In this document: piece by piece, positions 42,175-54,868 of the stretch | How the letters are laid out: each line of letters begins with the position of its first letter | Position numbering within the stretch: position 1 is the stretch's first letter | Assembly: GCA_002189035.1 (NCBI GenBank) | Contig: NEEC01000012.1 | Span: forward strand, 1,798,001-1,862,000 | DNA from: Utricularia gibba | Taxonomy: Eukaryota; Plantae; Magnoliophyta | Direction: 5' to 3' | Length of the DNA: 64,000 nucleotides | Program-made: the position numbers and the translations under genes | The notes under the pieces: model-generated | What the model was told of the DNA's origin: nothing | Database searches by the model: none | The model's input: only the letters and a program-made list of their open reading frames with translations

Positions 42175-43360
42175 ATGCAGAACCCTTCACCGGACTCTGA
42201 TCTTCCACCTCTTGCTTCCATCAAAGTTCGCGCCTCCTCTCCGCGCTTCCCTCCTCCGTTATCACCCCTTTCCTCCGAAACTCCAACCGCGAATGCGCAG
42301 CGCAAGATCGGAATCGCCGTAGACCTCAGCGACGAATCTGCGTTCGCCGTCAAATGGGCTGTCCACCACTACCTCCGTCCTGGGGATGCCGTAGTTTTGG
42401 TGCACGTCCGCCCGACTTCCGTCCTCTATGGCGCTGATTGGGGTTCCGTTGATCTCTCCGTTGTCGACACTGGGAATGAAGAATCTCAACGGAAACTTGA
42501 AGATGACTTCGACACTCTTACTTCTACCAAAGCGTCTGATCTGGCTCAGCCGCTTGTAGAGGCGCAAATACCTTTTAAAATTCATATTGTGAAGGATCAC
42601 GATATGAAGGAGCGGTTGTGTCTCGAGGTTGAGAGGCTTGGCCTGAGTGCTGTGATCATGGGAAGTCGGGGTTTTGGTGCGTCTAAAAGAGGTGTTGATG
42701 GTGGGCTGGGAAGTGTGAGCGATTACTGCGTGAGACATTGTGTTTGTCCTGTGGTTGTTGTGAGGTATCCTGATGAGAAGGAGGTCGCCGCAGGAGCCAG
42801 TCAGCCAGTGGTTTCAATGGCCCCTGTTGCGGAGGATGAAGAAGACTCTTGAGTTTCAGGATGTGTCCGAAGTTAGACAAGGTTATTGCTGTTAGCTGTC
42901 CTCTTGGAGTTGCATGTTGTGGTATATCTGATTCTTGTGATTTTTAATGGATAATCTTTGATTGACGGTAACTGCATGTTGTGGTATATCGAATGCTTGT
43001 GATCTTTAATGGGTAATCTTTGATTGACGGTACTATTAATTGTTGAGAGTTTCTCCAAACTATCCCTAGTTCAAGAATTACTTTACATGTCGATGGCTAT
43101 TGTGTTTCGGCTCATATCCATTCAAATGAGACCTGTTACAGTGGGATGGTTTGCTAACTAATCGCTGGTCTACTTTCCCAAATCGTATATTATTCATTGT
43201 ATTTTATGTGCTATGTTCTACCTTGCCTGTTTTGATGTATCTGTCCTAAGCACTAGCTTGAACCACGTGAGCTTTGATTCCATTCCATCACTCGATTGCT
43301 CTCCTTACCACCCACTACGTTATGCTCTCATTTGAAGTTGTTTTTGTAACAGATTCCTGA
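42175..43360 (+). CDS. Universal stress protein PHOS32/PHOS34-like; ORF stops at 42852, probable true end in a micro-exon at 43353-43360
   Basis: RKIGIAVDLSDESAFAVKWAV, SVLYGADWG, HIVKDHDMKERLCLEVERLGLSAVIMGSRGFG, LGSVSDYCVRHCVCPVVVVRYP. A +1 base at 42849-42850 appears to cut off EFQDVSEVRQ/DS*. Confidence 0.92.
42911..43032. repeat. Two-copy tandem repeat, period about 62 bp, in the USP intron
   Basis: tgcatgttgtggtatatc...taatctttgattgacggta starts at 42911 and again at 42973. Confidence 0.9.
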
Positions 43361-45321
43361 CTGATATCCAGCTTCCCTACTGCTACTTCACTGAGCAGGT
43401 GCGTAGTTGCTACGCTTTTTTTTCCTACAGATCTCAACTTCAGTCACTGATTTCTTTCTCAGCCTCAGATTCGTTTAGCATTTATAAGCTATTTCCATCA
43501 TGTTGATGATCATTTTTTCTAACTGGTGTTTTTGCAGAGCTGCGACAAGAATCCATCTTGTTTTTTGAGGACTGATTACCATGTACATGGATCTTTGTCT
43601 TGTTGTATCCCATGTTGTTAGTTTTTGTTGCTTCATCTGTCATGGGCTATGTACCCATGTCCACGCTTGCGCTACTTCATTTCGGATTTGCACTCTCTAT
43701 ATGCTTGTTTTACTGGTCGACTGCTCATCCTTCTAGCTTTCTTGCCGGTCATCCAGCTCTAAAAGCTGCCTGCTATCTTTAAAGTTTAAACAGGGAGATT
43801 CATATTTTACTGTTTTTCATTTGTAGAACATCAATTGTCTTTCTACTAGACATTGGATGTGACTGATGTTGATGAAGATGCATGAAACTCTCTTGGGCAT
43901 GTCAACTCTACCTGGCAGTCGCTTCCTTTGTCACGTTGTTTGATAGTGAAATAGGCGTCACCTACCCTGGTCGCACCCGCGCCTGGCGCTGGGCATGTGG
44001 GGCTTCCACCCCCACATTCTCCGTGAGTGGATACCTGAAACGTTATCGCGGTCGGCAGATTTCCATTCTGGGTGCGCGCCTAGTGGACTGGTGGTATTCC
44101 CGCCCTCCCACTACCGTATAATTATAAAAAAAATATTATAAAATATTTTTAATAAAATAAAAATTGAGTTTCTATGGCTTTAAAAAGTAAGTTATTTTTT
44201 AGGAAATATAATTCATTTATATTTAATAAAAAATTACATTACTAAAAACATAAAGCAATCTTCTTGAAAATTTTTTAATACTATTTTTTAAAAAAAATAA
44301 AAATATTTTATTTTAGAACAATATCAATTGAAAAAATTATTTTAAAATTATACCATAAAAATTATTTTTGATTAAGTAATAATTTATTTTTACATATATA
44401 TATATATATATCTACTTTTACATCTATTATGTTGGTTTTAAAAGTAATTCTATGTCTATTTTTATAATTTTTTAGAATATTTACAATCTTTTTCTATTTC
44501 TATCAATTATTTTTATTTCTTTAAAATAAATTTGAAAAATAGAAATAAATTCTGAAAATTTTCCAGAACGTTGCTAAGTTATTTTAAATAGAATTTTAGT
44601 TGTATTTTATAAAAATCAATTTTCAAAAGAGTGTTTTTAATAAAATATAAATTGTATATTTTAAATTTTTAAATTTATGTATTTTTGAAATAGTTGTTTT
44701 TTGATAACAAAAGTTATTTTAAAAATACTTTTATAAAATAAAAAATGGTTACACACACAAGTTTAGTAGGCTATCACTTTGTGTGTTGCTTTGGTTGTAT
44801 GAAAAGTACTCTTTACATGTAATGAAAGCAGCTTAGGTTTACAAATTCATCCCTGAAATTTTGAAAAATTAAAATTTTGCCCACGCAGGGTTGGCCCCTG
44901 TTTTCATCTTCTTCTGGACCACGGCAAAACCACACCTATGAATTCAAAGCTCATACGTAGATTATGAAGGATCTAGGTTTAGAATTCGGCCTAAAAGTTT
45001 GCTCCATGTTGCAACTCCGTCCCTCGAGTCTTTGAAAAATACAAATTCTGCCCATGAAAGAGTTTGCTTTCATACCAAGAAGAAGAAGAAGCAGTTACAT
45101 ACAAACAACGATGATTTTTATGATGTGTTTATTTCTGCCCAACACACGAACTGTAGTCAATAGCAAGCGGCATCTTCATTCGTGCACAAAACTTGTTGCA
45201 TCTGTAGTTGCCGGAGATTGCAGTCACCGGTCGCTGCCGTCAGCACTGACTTTTCAAACTCTTCTTCTGATTCCACTTTTACTGCTCCAATGACAAAGCC
45301 ATCTGGTTACCTGGGGACAGA

Positions 45322-45942
45322 TTAGATCGCACGCCTGTTTGGGAATCCGATTCTCATGTGCTTGGACACAGAGCAGGTCCCACTCTCTTCTTCGTCCTCC
45401 TGCATTGCGCCGGTCAGGAAACCCATCAAGATTCGTGAACAATACGATACGGTTTCAATCCGTTTCGGGTGTGTGCTATCAATCGAAGAGCGGACTTGAA
45501 ATTGGATACCTCAGATTCGGATCGAGGTGTGTCTCTTTGTCGCTTAGATAAACTAGACGAAACATTGTCTTCACTGGCCGAAGGCACCACCGCGGATAAC
45601 GGCACCACTTGATTCTCCCCATCTTCTTCTTCCTCCTCCCTCCTCGTCCTCGTATTCTTCAATTGAATCGTCATCCTCATCGCTGCCCTGCGAGTCGAAG
45701 CCGTCGTCGTTCTGATCGGCACAGGCGCGGCAGACGGAGACCGTGGTCGTGAGTTTGAGGCCGGCAGCCTTCCACGGCGTCGGTGATTGACAAACATGGC
45801 AGAGGAGCGTCCGCGAGTGCTTCGCGACGAGGAAATTCGCGGCGTGGACCTTCTCATCACACTCCCAGCAGAGGCTGGCTTGATCCGAATCGCAGAACAT
45901 CGCGGCGGCGCGCGGGCAAAGCTCACACTCCTTCTTAGACAT
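45322..45942 (-). CDS. Single B-box protein BBX28/BBX29-like with a +1 frameshift at 45638-45640
   Basis: CELC..AAMFCDSDQASLCWECDEKVHAANFLVAKHSRTLLCHVCQSPTPW; after the shift EEEEEDGENQVVPLS; GT-AG intron, then exon 2 EDEEESGT..RRAI*. Confidence 0.9.
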
Positions 45943-46402
45943 TCTTTTGGACGGTGGGGAATTCAGAGAGAAGAAGGATCGGCCCTTCGTTGTGTGTGGA
46001 GGAGAAGCACAAAGAGGAGGTCAAAAGCAAAACAAAACCCCTGTAAATTGAAACCGCCAAAGCGGGAAACCGCCCACGGTTTTGTCCATTCCCGGTTTTG
46101 CAGTAAAAGGAAGGTTTTGCGAAAACAAATCGCAAAAACCTTTATAATTAAATGGTTACCAATTATTATTATTATTAAACAGAGTCCTCATTTTTAACTA
46201 AAATTCCCTCAAACCCCATGAAATTATTTACGTCGATTTTTCATATTATCATTTCAAAATTTAGAAAATAATTAAATTGAATTTATTTATATATATAAAG
46301 TTAGGGCAAGTGGGGGAGTTGTCTAGATTCACTTGACTGAACAATCCCCCACACCCAGGGATTCCTGTCCACACAACTTGAGTGCCCGGATGCATATGGG
46401 CA

Positions 46403-46500
46403 TCACGTGGCCCAAATCCATTTTGGTGAACCAATTGCGGCCACGCGGTCAGGATTCGGATTCCTTCCTGAGCCAGCTGGCCGCCACCACACGTGGGCTG
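46403..46500 (-). promoter_or_regulatory. G-box cluster upstream of the BBX gene
   Basis: CACGTG at about 46404 and 46490, with ccacgcgg between them. Confidence 0.5.
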
Positions 46501-47070
46501 CGGCGCCCATTGTCATATTTTCTAATTATTAAATATTAAAAAAACATCAAATTTTAAATGATCAAAAAATTCAAACCGGTTTAACGATTTATAATTCAAA
46601 ACGGTTTAAGCAGGCTCAGTCGTAGGACATATTCTGTGTACATAATTTCATGAATTAATTATGTTTAATTTATGAAAATTTTTAACTTTTAATTATTTTA
46701 TAATAAAATCATAAATTTAGATTCTATGATTAATTTTAGAAATTATTGAATTTATTAAATCTATGTTTTTAATGACGAAATAAAAGATTAATTTAAAAAA
46801 TTATGCTATTCAATTTTTATCTAGTTTAAAAATACATTTATATAATAAAATTAAATTATATAATAATTTAATATATTAAATTTTATAATATCTATTTTAT
46901 TTTTTAAAATTTATAATATAATTTTATACGATCCTGAAAAATATTTTTACAATGTTAAAATTGATTCTATTTACGTGATTTCAAAAATAATCTTATTGTA
47001 TATAATTTGAAATTCACGTCCCAAATTTTTTAAATACGGTTGAATTCAATCGGTTTGCAACACGCGTTAC

Positions 47071-47229
47071 TGGGCTTGTTATACATTTATAGTAATCTTT
47101 ATTGGGCTCATTTTGGGCCACGGATGTTTTATTGGGCCAAATTTTTTGATATGGGCTAAGATGGTATTGGGCTCATGGATGTATTGGGCTATCTGACGAT
47201 ATATAGCCCAGTTTTCGGGATACTGGGCT
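47071..47229. promoter_or_regulatory. Dense array of nine site II (TGGGCY) motifs
   Basis: TGGGCY or its complement at about 47071, 47103, 47114, 47133, 47152, 47168, 47185, 47205 and 47224. Confidence 0.7.
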
Positions 47230-50200
47230 CAGTGGGGGTTAAGCACCGTTGCCCTCTGGTTTTTCCCTTTTCGCAGCGAGAGGTGAATGTGTGGGAATGG
47301 TTAGGGTGATAATGGGAGTTACTGTGGAGTGTGTGTCCACATCTGCGTAAAGGGGCACCCACTCAAATGTTCCTCTGCACAGTTTTCTTCTGTGGGGGCA
47401 TATCCTCAATAATGTTTTCACTCCACTATCCCAACTCTTTGCCGACATCCTTCGATCTAAGATTTTGTGTGTGTATCTAGGCGTTTCAATGCAGTCGTGG
47501 GATCCATCGGGTACTGGATTTGAACAAGAATTCAAGACAAGGGAGTTGCAGTTGTTCTTTTCTCATGCAGTAGAAAGCGGTGAGCTAGCTCGTCCATTAG
47601 CCTTCTCCTGTTTGTCATATCGAAACCATTTGGCAAATTCTGGAGGTTCAAGATGGCTTGTTATGTATCTATTGAGTTTCAGTGCAATAGTTGTGGTAGG
47701 TAACATTGTGTTTGCTGTAGGGCCAAAGTGTCCTACCATATGAAGAATTGGACCATTCGAAAGGGATAAGCAACCCAAAGAAGGCTAAAGTGGTGGGAGA
47801 ACTCGATTCCCTCACATAACAAGATTAGCTTTTGGACACACACATCTCTTCATACAACAAATCATCATAAAAAGGAAGGCCACTTGGTCTTGTTGGTGAA
47901 GAACAGGTGCGTCTTCTCTGTCGGACCCATTGATTTGCCCAATGGGAGACACGAAATGATGGGCCAGAAGTGCATCAATCCCCTCCACTCCCTTGTTGAT
48001 CCATTATCTTCTTGTTTTGTTGACAGGGTTCGTGTTACGGTTGGATCCTATCAAAAAAACCTGAACACAGGATAATGATTATTGCTCCAGATTAGATTTG
48101 AATGTAAAAACGAAGCCAAGTACTAGAAGGATATAATGGAAGTTTGGACATCTGATGATCCACTCTTCTTTCAGAATCACATGTCAGCTCATTGTGAAGG
48201 GACAGGGACAGACTACATACTTAACTTGTGCTTGCAAGGAAGAGAGCTAAGTGCCCATGTGAAGGGCTGATGTGGTTCTCCTATAATTTGTGCCTCCTCC
48301 CCATCCATTCATATTCAATACTTTGTGGAAAAAGCTCCCTCAGTATAATTTGAATTTCAGAAGGGTTTAAAACTTCTGCCATTATACTGAAAAATGCAGG
48401 TGAATGCTACTAGACTATGGGTGTGCTCCTTGGTGATTTGTAGCCCCTCTTTTGGAACTTGGTGCTTTTTAGGGTTTGCAGTCATTCACTAAACAACAAC
48501 CCTTGATTTCTTATGGCTAAATTCTGGGATATAAATGGGGTTGAGGTTACTTTTCAAAAGCACTTTTTGTTTACTTTGGAAATTTGGGGTTTGGACTTTG
48601 CAGTGTGTTGGGTTCTGTAATTTGTTCCATTCCTGTTCCTCACATCAAATCAGACTCCACTGAATGGAGCTATAGCACTGCGTTTCAACTCACATCTCCC
48701 ACACTTTGGAGCTATATCCATGGAATTCTCATCTCATATCTCTCTTCTCAGATCCACACAAGAGCAAGCACCGGTGCGGATGTAGAAAAAAGGCAAGTCA
48801 TCCCAACGGTCTTGTTATTTTCTGCTTCTTCTGCTACAACAAACTTTCGACTGAAGTTGCACTATGCACAGTGGCAAAGCTGGATGGATAAGGTGGTGAT
48901 AATCATATGTGCATCTCCCCCCCCGCCAGGGTCGCGTTCCAGCACTGGAGCTCGGTCAGAAGCAGTCCCATCACATGATGCACTGTGGCCTCTCAAGAGT
49001 CACTCATTGTTTCATTCACATGTGCGTGTGTACAAGGACCAAAGCTGTTACTCCACAATCTAAAGCAGCAGATAAACAGTGAAGTTGTACACATTGTGGG
49101 GTGAAATAAAGCAGATGTGAATAGCCATAGTTAGTTTTTCCAACTGAGGATACAAAGTACAAGATGCATTTTAATCCAATTTTTGATTGTATTCTAGTTC
49201 TAAACGGCCCCAAAGTTTGAAACAACACAGCATTATATTGGGACGCATAATGCTCTATTAAGTTTGAGAACTAGAACTCAGTTCATGATCTGATCTTCCA
49301 GTTTTTGTTTTTTTTTTCTGAGAGCATTGTGATGGGAGTGGACACCCCAAGGACAGTGTTGCATATCTTATCCTCCGTCCATGCCAAGATATGAAGACCA
49401 GCCAGCGCGATGATTCATTGTTCCTTGTGTTGGTACTGTTTGGATGATGACTCGTGTTTTTTGTTCTTTCTTCCCCCTTTTGCCTCTCCACGCCTCGTGC
49501 TTCCCTCGAGCTAAGTGGACACCTTAACGACTTCCAGCCCCTACGTTCAGTCACACAACTGTGCCCAAAACAGCACCCGCCATTAACATTAATTCCACCT
49601 CAGAAAGTTGAGAATAAAATGCCACATCAATAAAAAAAAAAGAGAAAAACATCGCAATCATAAAAAATGGAGAACCACAAGAAAAAGTGTGAATAAGTTG
49701 ACATACTGAAAGTAAATGTGACATGTAGAGCAGGTTAAAAGAACAAGCTTGAACCCCAGAAGAACACTTCAGAAGACAAATCAATGCTTTATGAGAGGGT
49801 AATTTGATGACACTGCAGCACAGACAAGCAGGAAGGTTCTATGGCAATGGGTCAAGAAGAACCCAATGGAACTTGTTCTGAGTCTCTGGAACTTTCTGGG
49901 TTTCTGCATTGAATAGAGCCACCATGGTTCGATCCAGTTCCATAAACAATGTTGGGGGCATGTTCATGTTACTCCAGGATGATGTTTGAGAATAACTATG
50001 CTCTGTGGGCCAAGTGTTTGTACTTTAACTACCATTTTCTTGTTCTAAAAGGACTCATAATAAACCCAAGTCAAATGCATGTGGCTCAACCAACTCTTTC
50101 AATGTATTCAGTATAATATCCACTTGTCTTTAACTCCTGTGCAAAGCTCTAACTAAGCCAGGGTGATTAAGCAGACAGGACTTTGTCCACTGCTTCACAT

Positions 50201-50306
50201 GTCAGGAACAAATGATGCGAAGCACAAGGCTTCTCTGTCACCACCTACATCCTCTGCTTCTCTCTGCATCTTCTTTGGGTTTTCTCTTGTATCTCTGCCC
50301 CATAAC

Positions 50307-52249
50307 ATGCCTGAAGAACCCCAGAAATCCATGGATGAGATCAAAAAGGGAAGCTTGACTTCATCGAAGATGTGACTAAAAGAGCTGATGAAGTTCAAAA
50401 GAGTGTACTCTCCGAGATCCTGTCAAGAAACGCCCGCGTCGAGTACTTGCAAAGATTTGGTCTCAATGGATCCACTGACCCACAAAACTTCAAAAAAACT
50501 ATACCCCTTGTCGACTACGAAGACATTCTCCCTTACATTAACCGAATAGCCAACGGCGACACCTCCCCTGTTCTCTGCTCTCAGCCCGTGTCAGAGTTGT
50601 TGACCAGGTACGCTGAATCACCATCTCCATGAGATGCTAATATCGTTTCTGAACCTGATTTGTTGCATGTGCAGCTCGGGGACATCAGGCGGGGAGAGAA
50701 AGGTGACTCCAACTATTGAAGAGGAGTTGGAGAGGAGATCATTGCTGTACAGTTTGTTGTTACCCGTGATGAGCCAGTTTGTTGCAGGGCTGGAGAAGGG
50801 GAAAGGGATGTACTTTTTGTTCATAAAATCTGAAACCAAAACCCCTGGAGGCTTGCTGGCTCGCCCTGTTCTCACCAGTTACTACAAAAGCTTCCATTTC
50901 AAGAACAGACCCTTCGACCCCTACACAAACTACACTTCCCCAAATGAAGCCATTCTCTGCTCTGATTCATACCAGAGCATGTATTCCCAAATGCTCTGTG
51001 GCCTAATCCAAAACGATGAAGTCCTCCGGGTCGGTGCCGTTTTCGCCTCCGGGTTCATTCGGGCAATCAAGTTTCTAGAAAAACATTGGACTCTTCTGTG
51101 TCATGATATCAGAACAGGGACTTTGAATTCCCTGGTTACAGACTCTCTTCTGAGGGAAGCAGTGGCGTGCATCTTGGAACCGAACCCAAAGCTGGCCGAT
51201 TTCGTAGAGTTCGAATGCAGAAAAGAGTCATGGGGAGGAATCATCACCAGGCTCTGGCCGAATACTAAATACATTGATGTTATTGTGACTGGGGCTATGT
51301 CACAGTACATCCCAACTCTTGAATATTACAGCAATGGACTCCCTCTTGTCTGCACCATGTACGCCTCCTCGGAGTGCTACTTCGGTGTGAACCTCAACCC
51401 ACTGTGCAAGCCAAGTGAAGTTGCTTACACCCTCATCCCAACCATGTGCTATTACGAGTTCTTGCCGGTTCGGCGCGACAATGGCTTCACTAATTCCTTC
51501 TGTAATGACCAGCAACAGGACTTGGTTGATCTTGTTGATGTCAAGCTCGGACAGGAGTACGAACTTGTGATCACTACTTACGCAGGTAAAGCTCTGACAG
51601 AATCACTTGTTTAGTATTCGATCTCTTGGGCTGTTTCATCATGATTTTATGTGCTTGTTGCTGCAGGGCTGTACAGGTACAGAGTTGGGGATGTCTTACG
51701 GGTAGCCGGATTCAAGAACAGTGCTCCACAGTTCAACTTCGTTTGCAGGAAAAACGTTGTTCTAAGCATAGACACAGACAAGACAGACGAGGTTGAGCTT
51801 TTTGAAGCTGTGAAGAGATCAGTTTCCACTCATCTCCTCCCCTCCGGTGCACAGCTCACGGAGTACACAAGCTATGCAGACACATCAACAATCCCAGGTC
51901 ACTACGTGCTGTTCTGGGAGCTGAGCCACAGCAGCATTCCCCCACATCAGTTCTAGAGAACTGCTGCTACACAATCGAAGAATCCCTGAGCAACGTGTAC
52001 CGACATAATCGAGTGTTGGAAGCCATTGGACCCCTGGAGATCAAGATCGTTGAAAACGGAACCTTTGACAAGCTTATGGACTATGCAATCAGCCTTGGAG
52101 CTTCCATCAACCAGTACAAGACTCCAAGATGCGTCAAGTTCGCACCCCTCGTGGAGCTCCTCAGTTCATGTGCTGTGTTCAGCTGTTTCAGTCCAAAGTG
52201 TCCACGCTGGACCACACTCGGGCTCAAGCAGTGGACCAGCGATGATTGA
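50307..52249 (+). CDS. GH3: Group II GH3 IAA-amido synthetase (GH3.5/GH3.6-like), three exons, two -1 frameshifts
   Basis: MPEEP.., [63 protein letters not shown]. Frame breaks at about 50343-50350 and 51939-51943. Confidence 0.93.
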
Positions 52250-53943
52250 GTTTCAGCCGCGACTCATCTCTAGGTTCATTCAAACAAAACCCAGAAACGT
52301 TTTCTGTGTAGCTGATAGCGTCGCTGCTGGTGTGATGTTCTTCATTTCCAACTATGGGAGGATGGATGTATATGGTTAAAGATAACAATTCCATGAATTT
52401 TTAAAAATACCGAAATAAATATTATATTAAAAACCTTTTTATATGGTTAAAGACCACAATGCTATATAATTATTTAGAAAAATGGTCACTGTTATATTCT
52501 CTATCATACATTTAGGTAAATAAAATGATCATTTTTTTCATACAATACATGTTAAAAATTCTAATTCATCCACAAATGATGTGGTGCACAATTTGGTGTA
52601 ATAGTAAAATCATGGAAAATTTGTATTAAAGATCCCAAATTGTATTTTTATTTTATGGCAAAAATTGTCCACAATATTTAATATAAGAAACACGATTAGT
52701 CTCTATTGGCGAAATTGATCCCAATAACAATTTATAATGAAATTATATTAATCCCCAAATGTTGAAAATTACAAAATCATAATGATTATTATTATTGAAA
52801 TAATAAGAATGATTGAGAATTGATTCCCTAACAATTAAGTTAAAATTTGGGGACTATTTATATTTATGATTTTTTCATTTCATTTCGATCATTCTTATTC
52901 TTTCAAACAATTATTTCTCCTGCAACTTTCTTCTTGATCAAATAAATCAATATTCGATGTACATTTTAAAAAAGAGGCATATTTTAAATCATTATTTATT
53001 TAAACTTTAATCATTCAACACATTTTATACCCTATTTTTTTTAAAATACTGCTATAACAATTTTTTCAAAATAAACACACCATAAATATATTTAATATTC
53101 CTTATTAAGATTCTAAAATCACAACCAGTCACAATCATGTAGATTTTAATTGGTATTAAAAATTAAATGCATCGAAAAAGTAAAGAAAAAAATATATTTT
53201 TGTAATTTCATTTTCTCAGCTGCGGTTGTTGGGTGCGTGATGTGCTTCTCCGACCATCGCTGATTTTTTTAAAAGTCAGGACCATGGTCGTGCCGTGTCC
53301 GTGTCCCATTCACACACCGGACACACTGCGTTGGATGGTGTGTCCGATCTAAATCTAAAAATCCAAATGAGGAAGTGACCCCAATATTTATTTATAAATT
53401 ATGTGTGTCTGAAATTTCTCTTTAAAGTATGCGCATCATAAAAATGACACTTGTGAAGTACCACAAAGTTCATGTTTGGTTGGATTGTTTTTTAACTAGA
53501 TTTTAACAATAACTTAAGTTGAATACACGGGTTTCAGACGGATAAAAATATATTCATAGGTTGTTTATACATCTGATGATAACTCATAAGGGGAGTGGTC
53601 AATTTATGTAAACAAGTATAATTGTGTTCCACATTTTTTATTTTATTTCAAAAGAGATACACACACTTGCCCTAATCATTTCTATCCATCTAGTGCCACT
53701 TTTTTTTGTTTATTTTAACTATACGTAAAAAGACATGAAAAGTTGAAGACAAACAGTAATTTTTGGGGACATTTTTTTCCATGTTGTCCCTTTCAACTCA
53801 ATTCAAAAGTCTCGTCATTTAACTTTTATTATTTTTTGGCACATATCATAATTATTACATGCATTATTTCTCATTTTGTCTCGATGCCATCATATCAAGC
53901 TTTATTTTATTATGTGAATCCCAAAACCAATGAAATCCTATCC

Positions 53944-53974
<31 letters not shown>

Positions 53975-54845
53975 GAAAATCAAACGAACAATTACATAAC
54001 CGTCGACATAAAATTTGAATGTTCAAGGAAATACAAGTTGAATTGAATAATAATACATCGAATATTGAAATATCGAAACATCAAATTTGGAATGATATAT
54101 GCATTTGATGGGATCTCAAATCTAATTTAGAGAGCACTAATGTGAGGATGGAAGATATGTTTTCAACTTGGGATCTAGACGGATCGGCTTAGGATAGATT
54201 CCATTCAAATTTTGAGTTTGACCGGTCAAATCTGAAATTAAAAATATCTTTTCAAAAAAAATTATATTAAATTTTACTAAAGTATCAATTATCAATGTCA
54301 AAATAATAATAACATAATAATAAATAGAATTAACTTTTAAAAACACAGGTATTGTATATTTATACTAATAAACAGAAGTATTTCATCTCTTCATTATTAA
54401 AAAAAAATCACATTGACAACAAGTCACACACTTAAATGTTTTTGGAAATAAAAAATAAAGTATACAATTCATTAACCAAGAGAAAATGTAAATGTTTTTT
54501 ACTCCACCAAATGGCATAACCAAAATATCAAACTACTTTTTGATAAAAGCAAAGTAATTTAAATCATACTACATCTGCATTTTTTGAAATCCTATATTTT
54601 ATGTTGTTTTTTATTTTAAAAAAATTAAAATTTGAACTTAAAAAAATTTTATATCCAAAAATGATAATTGAACATTCAATGAAATTACCTAGTATCAAAC
54701 ATGTTATTACTATTAATAATTCTCTGTTATGCTCATGAAAAGCCTAATACAGGTTTGAGTAATCATTTTTACTTACCTTTTATTCTCCCTTTGTCCGTAA
54801 GCCATTGACTAAAGTGACTCTGCAACCATTTATTGGGCGGAGACT

Positions 54846-54868
54846 TATATATATATATATATATATAT
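54846..54868. repeat. (TA)n microsatellite
   Basis: About 11 TA units; a similar tract lies at about 44394-44411. Confidence 0.9.

Noticed and set aside
42262-42738. 158-aa minus-strand ORF
   Set aside because: Antisense shadow of the USP coding region.
48960-49000. gatgcactgtggcc, loosely resembling miR408
   Set aside because: Only the first 8 nt match and I found no complementary arm.
48584-49063. 159-aa plus-strand ORF upstream of GH3
   Set aside because: TTG start, no recognisable motif or splice context; treated as chance unless expression data say otherwise.
49500-50306. Canonical TGTCTC auxin-response elements in the GH3 promoter
   Set aside because: I saw only variants such as TGTCAC and TGTCTG, too common to call.
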